DNA of 64,000 bases from Paragordius varius. Lineage: Eukaryota > Animalia > Nematomorpha. This document shows, piece after piece, positions 39,701 to 60,700 of the stretch. Each line of letters opens with the position of its first letter. The stretch's first letter is position 1. The stretch spans positions 12,276,001 to 12,340,000 of the forward strand of contig OZ176053.1 of assembly GCA_964247055.1 (NCBI GenBank). Direction: 5' to 3'. A program made the position numbers and the translations under genes. A model generated the notes under the pieces. The model worked only from the letters and a program-made list of their open reading frames with translations, had not been told where the DNA came from and did no database searches.

Positions 39701-40284
39701 GCAATTATCGCAAAAAAGAGTAAGAAACAAAACCTCTATGGCGATTTGTGTTCTTGTCAAACATTAACATAGAATCTTCAATCTAAAATTAGAATAAATA
39801 TCAAATATCTTTTTATACCTTTCCAAAGTTCTCAAAATATTGTTTAATATCATCAATGTTGGTGTTTACAGATATGCCTCCAATAAAAACTTTTTTCGTC
39901 TTGGTTATTATCTGTGAATAAATTATAAGGATGTAAATTAAACTTTTGGTTGTCCTTTCTTTGGAAAAGCAACTTTAGGATCAATCGTTTTCCCATCAAC
40001 TTCATGATGGCTTTCAGCAAGCACGTTATCAATAGATTTTGGATCCACAAATGTGACAAACCCAAACTTACGCGATCGTTTGGTTTCGGCATCTTTCATG
40101 ATCATACAATCTTGAATTTCACCAAATTTACTAAAATATTCTTTCAGTGTTTCTAAAAAATATCATATATACCAAAATACCAGTAGTGGTCTGCCAATTT
40201 AAGCCTCCAACAAACATTTTTCTAAATTTTAGCAATAAATAATTACCCTTTCTCCGAATTATCTGACTTAGGCGATGTATCCAT
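33770..40284 (-). CDS. msi: Musashi-family RNA-binding protein (2 RRMs) with a long low-complexity C-terminal tail, about 930 aa, 14 exons
   Basis: Exons 40284-40247, 40221-40181, 40152-39944, 39911-39819, 39782-39734, 39656-39574, 39402-39333, 38422-38228, 36947-36643, 36579-36294, 36213-36148, 35841-35680, 35379-34665 and 34250-33770 sum to 2793 nt in one frame. RRM1: [24 protein letters not shown]...[17 protein letters not shown]2: [11 protein letters not shown]...[51 protein letters not shown]. The RRM part is secure; attachment of the tail exons is inferred from splice phase only. Confidence 0.9.
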
Positions 40285-41199
40285 AAGCGATATGCAAAAT
40301 TTATTATAAAAAAACTAAACTATGCTACTTAATAAAAAAAAACTACAGCTACTGTACCGAATTGTATGTTTGCGTATAATATGTGTATATAATTAGTGTG
40401 CACTATCAAGTGTGCCAAATAATTGTCAGTTGTTAACCAGTCATATTATCAATTAAACAAATAAATTACCTTTAGATCCACGGGGAAAAACCTAAAAGCT
40501 TAAATACAGTCGTAAAATTTTTTAGGCTTATTTATTTGAAATATAAATAAAAACTCATATAATTCTGCAAATATACTATTAAAACGCTCATTAATTTAAA
40601 AATATTGATCTTATTTATACATTTTTATCCTATTATAATTGTAAGTTAATTCAAAATAATATTTTATTAACCCAAAAAATGCATCAAATTCGATTTATTT
40701 TGTGTCAAAAGCATATGAGCCAAATAATGCATTCTTTATTAATTTTAGTGGAAAATGGTATTTAAAGCTTATAATTTTGAAACATAAATCACCCATTTAT
40801 GAGTGGTCATGAACACGGTTTGAATTCGATGATTTTATTAAAATGGAAGAAGTCCGGTGAGGGGGCTTTATCTCCCTGAACCGGGTGCCAGAAACAAAGC
40901 TAAGTCTCTTTCAGGGGGGCAAATGTATATTTTGATAAAAATATGTAAATAATATAGAAAAGCTTTTACATTTTTGAAAAAAAAATAGATTTTATAAATT
41001 TTAAATTTTTTCTCAACATCTCCCGATTTTTGACTCATTAGAAATTACACAATATTTATTTTTCCCCTAGAAGAAACGCTTTAATTTTTTAAGCATTTCA
41101 AACAGCATGTTATTTTCGAGCTCTGAAAAAATAACCCGAAATGTAATGATCTACAGAAAAAGTAATGGAGTACTCGGTAAAAACACATTTAACACTTTG

Positions 41200-42300
41200 A
41201 TTTAAATTAGGGTATCTAGGAGATTTTAAAACTATTTAAAGAAACGGTCCCAATTTAAATTTAGCTTCTATCCTAGAAAAAATGGATAAGCCGAAATATA
41301 AAATAAATGTTCCATATCAAACTGCTTCGATGCCATTTTCATTTTACGACATTTTTACAAAATATCATGTTTTTTAATTTTTTAAGCTAAAATTTAAACT
41401 AATTTTGTATTTTAATCCCATATAACATTAACAAAAACAGAAAAAGTGGTTTATTTTGTATTTTTTTAACACTTGGATACAACACACTCATTTTCGTCTT
41501 TCGATTCAAATTGGGATAGTTGAATACCCTAGGCCTGTTTAAAATCAAATACTTAAAGAAGTATGGAAGGAATCGAAACCATGACAAAATTTTGCACTTA
41601 TATAACATTAATAAACCGAAATATATAAAAATTTAATTCAAAAATACTTGATATTACTTATTTTAAGTAAAACCGAAATGTATAAATTTCGTCAACGTGA
41701 CATGTGTCAAATTGTAAAATTAAAAAATAATACAAATAAACCGCTTTTTCATTTCTATCACTGTTATATGTAATTTATTTAAAAAATTAGTTTTAGTTTT
41801 ACCCTTAAAATAAAATGAAAACGATATTTTGTAAAAATTTTGTAAAATAAAAATGGCGTCGAAGTAGTTTGAAATGGAACTTTTTTTTCAAAACAAAATT
41901 TTATCAAGCTATTTTGGCATATTTATATAATTTTTATCGGGATAGAAGCATAACTTTAAATTGGGACCGTTTTCTTCAATACTTTTTTAAAAATATTAAT
42001 TTAAATTTAGTCTGGGGTATTTAGAGCCCCAATTTGAATCGAAGTGTTAATTGAGCTAACGGACATATATCATGTTTACAAAAATTTTACATTAGGTTTT
42101 ACCTTAAAATAAGTATTATTGTGTTTTTGTAAGAACTTTTTTATATATTTCGGTTTATTAATGTTATCTGAGTGCAAATTTTGCCATAGCTTCAATTCTT
42201 TCATTTTTTGAATTATTTAATTTTAAACAGGCCTGGTATCCCAATTTGTAATGGACCTAAATGAATGTGTTGTATCCAAGTGTTAAGGCAACACACTTTT
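41200..42300. repeat. Degenerate inverted-repeat (foldback) region upstream of Musashi
   Basis: About 41241-41275 is the reverse complement of about 41941-41975 (aaacggtcccaatttaaa / tttaaattgggaccgttt). About 41470-41630 is the reverse complement of about 42140-42290 (cacttggatacaacac / gtgttgtatccaagtg; ttcggtttattaatgtta). Confidence 0.75.
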
Positions 42301-42889
42301 TCTTTTTAATTAGATTTGTTTGTCTAAATATTGGCTAGATATTTAATGTGTTTTTCATTGTAAGAAAAATGTTTTATTCAAATTACTTTGGATGTTTACC
42401 GTTAAATTATTTAAAAACTGTTTTTAATGTCTTGAGGTGTTTTATAGCTTTTCCACTCTACTTACTTAATATACCAAATTCCCTTTTACAAAATCTTGCT
42501 AAGAAACAAATTTTCAAATCAAGTATATTTAAAAATTTTAACTATACTACACAATAACACATTTAAATTGAAGGCATTTAATTGATTATGTAGATACTAA
42601 CATCACACCAACCTCCGATGTACGTCCCTGCTCTTACACTTCAATGTGTTACAGGTGAGGGAATGCCTTGAAGGCAGGTGGACCAATATACGCTTCCTCG
42701 TTTACTTGCTAGTTCAAAGTTATCGTTGGCTGGTAAACATATGGGGAACATACTCCATCGATTAAAACATTAATATGTTTTCGAAAATCTATATGTTGAT
42801 ATCTATGGAAAGAGGGTGAGTGCTCTGGTAGATGCGAAAATAAAATACAAGAGTTATTGCATGAATAACCAGCTCAAACTCAATGCTAA

Positions 42890-43520
42890 TTAGCAGCATT
42901 ACATGTATCCAAAACAACAATCAGTAAACATCTACGGGAAATGGGAAAGACTAATAATAAACTCGATAAATGGGTTATACGCATATCAAATGAAACTCAA
43001 ATCGAAAATTTTAAAGTGACTTGAGAAATGCTGATTTAACGTCGGGAAAGAAAATATTTTTGCATCGAATTATAACGGGTGATGAGAATCGGCTTTATTT
43101 TGAAAAAAGAAAAAATTGTGGCTTTCGCCTCACGCCGGTCCATCTTCGTTAATGCCAAATCGCTTTGGTGACCTTGCTCTGTCTGGTGAGATATTGTGCA
43201 TTATTAACTTTTGCCCGATGATATTGCTAATACACAACGCAATCACCAACAAATAATAAATATAAACGATGCCTTAACTGAAAGTTACCATATTGGATGG
43301 GATGACATAGCGAAGTGATTTTGCTATACATGACAATGTTCCGTCTCACACAATCAAACTGAGAGATAGCCGATGGGAAATTTTTGCTCATCTGTCTAAC
43401 ACTCCTGACCTGGTGTCATTCGATTATTAACTCTTTGATGTTTATAGAACATCACTTTAAGAATTTGAAAAATGTTAGAAATTGGCTTGATGGATGATTT
43501 GTTGCAAGACAATGAATATT
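42890..43520 (+). mobile_element. Decayed mariner transposase
   Basis: FLHRIITGDEN (about 43058), HDNVPSHT (about 43329) and WEIFAHLSNTPDLVSFDY (about 43375) correspond to the three mariner catalytic motifs. Many stops and indels are present. Confidence 0.85.
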
Positions 43521-43926
43521 TCTAGCATGGCATGAAAGCTAAGCGAAATGATAAGCCTTAGAATAATTTTTGAATTGAATAGATTAATTTTTTTGAATAC
43601 CGGTCTATCCTGAGAAAATATATGGAAATAAATAGCTTATAAAATCAATAAAAATGGGTGTTATAGAGGAATATTTTTCAATTTTAGATCATTTTTGTTT
43701 AGAAAAAACAATATATAAAAAATATATATCTACCTATTTTGAAAAGTTTTAAAAAAGAGGTTGATTGGTTCAGCTCCGTGTATCATTGGGTTTACATCAA
43801 TTAATAACAGATTTTGATCCTATCCAGGTTTGTTTATAAAAAATAATGAACGAATTGTGTATTTATCCAAATCCACGTTATAAAAATATATAGTTTATAG
43901 TCTCTTTTTACCTTTATTTATTAAAT

Positions 43927-44061
43927 TTTTCCGGACTTTTAGGTTTTAACACTCGCCTGCCCAGGGCTGACAGTGATGATGGAGAAATTGCGTAGTTTCG
44001 GGGCTCGAATTCTGGCACGCAGCTTAAGAGTCCGGCGCTATACTTACTATACCATCACGCC
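43927..44061 (-). mobile_element. tRNA-derived SINE, copy 1
   Basis: The minus strand reads GGCGTGATGGTATAGTAAGTATAGCGCCGGACTCTTAAGCTGCGTGCCAGAATTCGAGCCCCGAAACTACGCA, with A-box and B-box-like motifs and an acceptor-like stem GCGTGAT/ACTACGC. A tail of about 60 bp follows and is shared with the copy at 47460. Confidence 0.75.
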
Positions 44062-44270
44062 TTCTATTTATCAAAACCTTCATTAATTTTACTGTAAAAA
44101 AATTAGGAATAGAATTTCTTTGAATTATATTTAATTTAATCAATATAATTCAAAGACATAACTATGATATAACCGAAGATTGGAAATACTTAACCTAAGC
44201 AAAACTTAAAACATACCATACTTTGCAACATATTTGTCTTCAATAAAACTTCTTTTTAATTTTTATATTT

Positions 44271-46340
44271 TACTAGATGGCCCTGTAACGCTTCGCTGTG
44301 TCGTCCCGATAAATTTTCTTTATAATTTGCAATAAATAGAGGTAATGGAGATAAAATAATGAAAAACATATTAAATATGTTTTTAATTATTTTTTTACGG
44401 GTTTTTGCATAGGCTCATATATAGTCTCGAAATTGACCATATTTAAACTGTTCCTTATAAAACTTAATATTCAACTATCATTGGATTTTATTTAAGATTT
44501 TCGTTTTACGAAATTATGGTTAAAAGTTTATTTGAAATTGTGTTCATACGGGATCAAGGGATATAAAAAGTAACTCATTTTTGGTCCCCTTCTAAAGGAG
44601 AAAATGATATACAAATTTGCCAGAAATGTGTTTAACTGAACTCGTATGTCTTCTTAAGTTTTTTATTCATCTCCAAAACCACACCATTTTTGTATGGCGT
44701 CTCAGTTTTAAAACGGTAAACCCCTACCCATAGACCTATATGGAAAAGCGCTGAGTTAAATTCTTTGCCTTTATAGGACAAATATTTGATTTCATCTTCG
44801 ATACCATCGTCTCATGGGGTTTTCCAAAAAATTCCTCAACACTAAATAATCTTATGTGATGGCGTATTTTTAGGGCGTAAAGGTTGTATAACGGCTGATT
44901 AAAAAAAGTCCGAACTTATTTTTTATCTAGTTACGGGTAATATTTCAAGCTTTTAATGAAATCATATGGCTTCATAAATTTTCTGTAAATAAGTTCCAAA
45001 ACAACGCAATTTCCATATAGTGGCGCAGTTTTTGGCGGGTAGCTCCTTACCCAGGGGGTAAATAAAGCGTTGGGCAAAATTTTTGACTTTATTTCGGGAA
45101 TATCTAAATTTATCATGGAATATGTTCCTATTAGACACATAGGTTTTATAAAATTTGGCTCCAAAGCATGCTGTATCGATATGGTGTCCCAGTTTTATGA
45201 GGGTAGCCCCCTAACTAAGGGCGAAACAAAAAAACGCTCGATTAAAAATTTTGCCTTAATGATTCCATATGCTCTCGTGGGATTTACGAAAAATTGCCTC
45301 AAAACCAAAAGTCACTCTATGGTAGCGCATTTTTCAGGGCAAGGACCCAATTAAGGGGTAATTAATAAAACCACTCTACTTAAATTTTTGCCTTTTTACT
45401 GGTAATATTACAAGCCCTTATGGAACACATATGGCCTGATATGTTTTCAAAAATTTGCCTCCAAAGTCAGGCTGTATCGATATGGTGCGGAGTTGTAGGC
45501 GGGTAGCCCCCTACCCAGAGGCCAATATAAAAAAGTCGTTCGTTAAAAAATTTTGCCTTTATACGGGAATACCTGGAACAATCATTTATTCCATATGTTC
45601 TTAATAGTTTATGGAAGAATGGCTTCAAAACTGAATAATAATTGTATGATAGCGCATTTTTAGAGCGTAAAGAGCCTAATTGACGGTTAATTTAATAAAA
45701 CCGCTCGACTTAAATTTTTGCTTTTTTACGGGTAATATTTCATTATTAAACTTATAAAAATTAACTCCTAATTAACTACTAAACAACGCAATTTTGATAT
45801 GATGGCGCAGTTTTAGGCGGGTAGCTCCCTACCCACAGGCTGATCCAAAAAAAGCGCTTGATTAAAATTTTTGCCTTTTTACGGAGAATACCTGGAATCA
45901 TGAATGATTCCATATGCTCTCATTAGTTTTTGAAAAAATTACCTCAAAATTATAAACTCAATCTATGGTGGCGCATTTTCCAGGGCGTGAATGGCCTAAT
46001 TGAGGGCCAATTTTAAAAACCGCACGATCTAAATTTTTGCCTTGTTAGGGGTAATATTTTAAGCAGCTATTGAACTCATATGGCCTGATAGGTATTTTGA
46101 AATTTAGCTCTAAAAGCACGTTATTTCGATATGACGGATCAGTTTTTAGCGGGTAGCTCCTTACCCGGCAGCCAATGTAAAAGAAACGCACGACTAAAGT
46201 TTTTGCCTTTTAACAGGAAATACCTGTAATCCATATTAAATTTTTACGGTTTCATACCTTGAGCGAAAAATAGATTCAAAAAATTATTTTTGTGGACTCT
46301 TTGTAAAAATTAGCATTTTACGGGGGGAGCGGGTATTAAG
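44271..46340 (+). mobile_element. Possible non-autonomous Helitron/Helentron-like element enclosing the tandem array
   Basis: Begins TACTAGATGGCCCTGTAACGCTTCGCTG, like 5' ends of insect non-autonomous Helitrons. Ends near GGGGGGAGCGGGTATTAA, like DINE-1/Helentron-type ends. The end assignments rest on recalled resemblance only. Confidence 0.4.
44600..46230. repeat. Degenerate tandem array: about 165-bp subunits arranged as about 320-330-bp dimers
   Basis: The GCGGGTAGC(T/C)CC(T/C)TACCC motif occurs at about 44714 (variant), 45037, 45203, 45501, 45820 and 46151. TAAA(A)TTTTTGCCTTT occurs at about 44760, 45070, 45243, 45382, 45545, 45712, 45863, 46030 and 46197. Confidence 0.9.
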
Positions 46341-46910
46341 AGGACATAAATTAAAAAAGCGAGCCGACTATGTTCGGCGCAATCGATAAAAAGTAAAAAA
46401 ATCATATTTGAAATCGAATGGTTTTACACGTTTTCCGGGGACTTCTGTTTTTTAAAAAACACCGTTTTTACGAGGTAGGCCCGAACTGGGGGCCTAATTC
46501 AAAAAATAGCGAAGCTATTATCGGGGCATTCATTAATAATTTATTTTTTCGACATTTGTATTTGAATGGGTCTACCGGTTTCCTGAAACAGATCACAAAA
46601 CCAGCATTTTCCATTTTTATAAATATATGGATTACGACACACCACCGCAAATGTTTAAATAAAGTGGTAAACAGGCGTTATAGTCGATAAACTGTTTACA
46701 TTTGATTTTTAACTCACATTTATGCTAAACAATAAGGTGCCTTTAAATTATTTTAATTGTAGCCTGCAGCATTAAAACAATGTTTTGCTGTTATAGTCAA
46801 ATTTAAACCTTTAACTTTATTGCTATTCGAATGGGATTTAACATTCACAAGAATAAATGTTTGATAATATTGATATTTTCAATATTTTTTTGGAACAATA
46901 TTTTTGCAAG

Positions 46911-48122
46911 TCGCTCGGTGGATTCTGACGATAATGATAGAGAAGGTAGTTGATTTTAACATTTGAAACTCTTTGTTAATCTATAAAAAAAGCGCATGCT
47001 TATATTTCATACTAATTACAGAGAAATCGGGCGAAATTTGGATTGATAATTTGCGACATAATCTGAATCGATTCGATGATGATGATAACGTAACAAACAA
47101 TAGACAATTGGAGAGAGTTTTACGACCCTATTTGCAGCAAATAGAGGTTATTTCACAATTGGACAATCATTACCCCTACAAATATTTAAGTATCTACTTT
47201 ATTTTACAATTATTTTCTACCTACATATAATACAGTGAAAATTAGAAATATACAGATAAAAAAAACCATGCTTTTTCAATCCTTGATTTCCTACATAAAC
47301 TATTATTTACAATTTTGGAATTAATTGACTGTATTTCTGGTCCTTTATCTGCAATCAAAAACAATATGTTATAATTAATAAATTAAGTTTCCAAATACAA
47401 TTTAAGCCCTTACCTTTTAATAAAAAAGGAAAAAAGAGACTCTAAACTGTATATTTTTGAGTGATGGTATAGTAGGGCGCCGGACTCTCACACTGCGTTC
47501 CTGAGTTCCAACGCCGGAACTACGCAATTATTCCATCATCACTGTCAGCCCTGGGTAGGCGAGTGTTAAAGCCCTAACAAGTCCGGATAAAATTCAATAA
47601 AAAAGGAAAAAAGATATATTTTTTATTACATTATTTCTATTCCTTTATCTGCTAAGATTCAAATTCACTCTAAAAACAAATTATATGTTTTTTAAGATTA
47701 AAAAAACCTTTATTTTTATATATTTTTAAAAAATAAAATTTTGTTTCAAATTAAAATAATACTGAAAATATAATAAACTATGCAATAAAGATATAATTTA
47801 TATCAATAATGAGTTATATGAGTTTGATCACACAATTTATTTTTAGGGTGAATTTGAATTGTTCAAGGGTGAATTTGAACAGTAAATGGTATATTTAAAA
47901 AGGTTAAGTTTCAAAAAATATGGGTAAATCCAAAATATTTATATGTCTTTTGGTTTTTACGTTTTTTGTCTGTATGATTTTACTGTACGTTGGCCTGACC
48001 TTTTTTAGACCTTAAGACAGAAGAAGAAGGAGGAGATGACGAACCTGTGGAAAGAAATGATGAAAGTGATTGGGGTATTCTTTACTCAAAACAACCTACG
48101 AGATGGCGAGCTCGGATTATAA
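46911..48122 (+). CDS. Small unidentified spliced gene, 3' part (3 exons; start not found)
   Basis: Exons 46911-46945, 47022-47146 and 48009-48122 have canonical GT-AG boundaries and join in frame: RSVDSDDNDREEKSGEIWIDNLRHNLNRFDDDDNVTNNRQLERVLRPYLQQIETLRQKKKEEMTNLWKEMMKVIGVFFTQNNLRDGELGL*. No family was recognised. Confidence 0.5.
47460..47592 (+). mobile_element. tRNA-derived SINE, copy 2
   Basis: GTGATGGTATAGTAGGGCGCCGGACTCTCACACTGCGTTCCTGAGTTCCAACGCCGGAACTACGCA plus tail CATCATCACTGTCAGCCCTGGGTAGGCGAGTGTTAAA. It is collinear with the reverse complement of 43927-44061. Confidence 0.75.
47655..47885. mobile_element. MITE-like foldback, related to 6131-6390
   Basis: tcaaattcactctaaaa at about 47659 and ttttagggtgaatttga at about 47841. 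Confidence 0.5.
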
Positions 48123-49123
48123 ATCGAACCAGAATTCAATGGGTAGGAAATGTGGGATATCGCAACCGTTATTCAACCCGAAACAGAATGAGCAAAATAT
48201 CAAATGGTGTCGGTGAATATTACAGGTTACTTTGGCATTGATTTAAATTGATTATTTACAAAATTATTTACTTTCCCAGCAGGCCATTTTTAAGAAATTA
48301 TGGTTTGCAGGTGTTTAATTATTAAAAATTATTTTTTTAGCTTTACAGTTTTAATTTATTGGTATTTCCAAAAATAGCCGATTTAAAAACAATTTTGTAA
48401 TAACTAAATTTTTTCCAATCGTTTATTAATGTATTCAAGGTATAGGGCAAAATTTTGGGGCTCTAACCAAACATAATTCTCTTAGAAAATTAACCATTTA
48501 AAAAGATTATATCAACGGCCAAAGTTCGCAAATATCTTATATAAGCATATCTAATTTAAACTTTTATGAAACAAAAAAACATATTTTAGGCTAGATTAAG
48601 CCTATAAATTTGAAAGCAGAAAATCAAATTTATCGTAAAAGACTGTGCGTCTCTTAGCATTATTAACCACTGACGTTGATGTATTTGATGTTAATTTTTT
48701 TTAATTTTTATGACAGAAGAAAATGGTATCCAAGTAGAAATCGAAATAAATTCTTCCATGACAGTTTTGACCAGATCAAATAAAAAAATTTACGCAATCC
48801 CAATTATATATAATAATTTGCAATAATTAAAGTGCTTAATAACTTTATTATGTTCAATTCCTATTTATTAAAAAAATGTGTATTAAAATTATTAAAACAA
48901 ATTTAAAATTTATTTCCGATTCAATGTTAGATTGATTTAATTTGATTGTATTGATCATTTTATTGTATAAAATATATGTAAATTTTGTATTAGTTTGACA
49001 AAAAATTTATGTTTAGAAATTAACTTATGCACTATATTCAACAAATTATTCAAAGCATTTTGGTGTAATAAAATTACAAATAATTTAATATAAATAAGTA
49101 TTTGTATAAATGTATAAATATGA

Positions 49124-59023
<9,900 letters not shown>

Positions 59024-60700
59024 TCTAAATTATCCCAAGATATTAATTTATTTTCGTAAATTTCGTTATCTTGATTTTTCGAATTGAGCAGACGAAAATT
59101 AAAATGAATATTGGAAAAGGGCAGATGATTCATTACATATGAATTTCTTGGTGGGACGAAATCCCAAACATATTAATACAGGAATTCGTGATGCAAAGGC
59201 GTAAAAATGAATGGATAACAACATCAAATTGGTATGGAATGCATGATCGATACATTGTTTAAGGGTTGAATAATTATATGAAATAAAGGACAAAAAACCG
59301 GGCGTCAATTAAATACTTTTGAAAGGAAAACAAGTATAGTTAGTTACATAATCCCATAATTGGTATATGGTATAGATGCGAGGAAAAATATGAAATTGAA
59401 TGCGTATTTTTTACAAAAAAGAGGTGGTGGTGCGCCTTTTGCCATATCAAGGTGTAGTTGATTTTAAAGTATGCATATTATTAAATTATTATTTTATCCA
59501 CAGTTTTATATGCACAAAATAACAATTGATCAATATATGAGTCATTTATTATTATTATGCAGGATATTTGGATTGGCTATAAAAGCAAAGTGTCCCTTTA
59601 ATGACTTATGTAATTAACTTGAATATTTCATAGAAAATGGCTTTGTTTTTTATGTATTTATAGGATAATTTATCATTCCTTAAATAAAAAAAAGTTTCTA
59701 ATAAAACAAATTTTATATCAATTTTCCTTTTTTTCTTCTTGTGTTTTTACAATAAAATTAAATTTTAATATATAATTTTTTTATAATATATATTTACAGG
59801 TGGATATAAATAAAAATATTTTATAAAAAAAATAAGATTAAATTACTTAATAATAAAGAAGGTATTTATATTTATATGTATATGGATTTATGATTTATTT
59901 TTTATATTTATTATCATTATTATATGCTTTTAGGGAATTATTGAATGATAAAAGAAGATGAGCACCATGGCACGACCTGACACAAATAAAATATTCTCAG
60001 AGATAAAAAGCCTACTAAAAATTATTTTTTTTCTATAATTTTTGATAAAGGGGTATAGCAAGCAAAATTTTACAAAAATCAAATAATAAATAATAATAAC
60101 ACTTTCAATTTGTTTGTAGCTAGTAATAAATAAAAATATAAAAATTGTTAATAAAAATTAATGAAAACCGCTTTTTTACTCTTTATAATTTTATTTTATG
60201 GAAAATATAAAAATTCCTTCATTAACATTAAAATTATTTAATTTATAAGAAAAATATAGTTAACGGAGAGGAATAGGTGGCAAAGATATTGAAGCCTAAG
60301 AAAACATGTTAATTAATTGATATAAAAAATTATAATTAAATTAATGAACAAAACAATAAAAATAATTGTGAAATGCTTTTATTTTTACACAGGTAAAAAT
60401 TTATATATATTAAACTTGAGTTTATGTTAATTATACAATCATTCCATTGTTTTATTATACAAATGACTTATACAAATATACATATATATAATTGTAAGAC
60501 AAGCCAAGAATTTCTGACAATCGAATTAATTTAGCATAAATGATGACCTTTTGAAAGAAAAAAAAGGCTAATACATCGAAAAATACATTAAAAAAGCTTC
60601 AAAATATAACATTGTAATGATAAAAAAACAATTCAAGTGAGATATTTATTGAATCAATCATTATTGAATATAAGTAATATGCATAAAGAATTCAAAGCAT

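Noticed and set aside
43990-44061. Functional tRNA gene
   Set aside because: The anticodon and T stems are disrupted, the two copies differ in the loop, and both share a non-tRNA tail, so they were called SINEs.
44931-45354. ORFs 44931-45164 (-) and 45070-45354 (+)
   Set aside because: They lie inside the tandem array, and equivalent positions in other repeat units contain stops.
46380-46700. GC-richer segment with ORFs on both strands and fragments that look like RRM or zinc-finger pieces (GRPIQIQ, LFFELGP)
   Set aside because: The fragments are in the wrong order or frame for any family I recognise, and no consistent splice model was found. It was left uncalled.
46737-46762. 26-nt GT-AG candidate intron upstream of the small + strand gene
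   Set aside because: The resulting ORF could not be joined in frame to the exon at 46911 and has no homology support, so it was not counted among the tiny introns.
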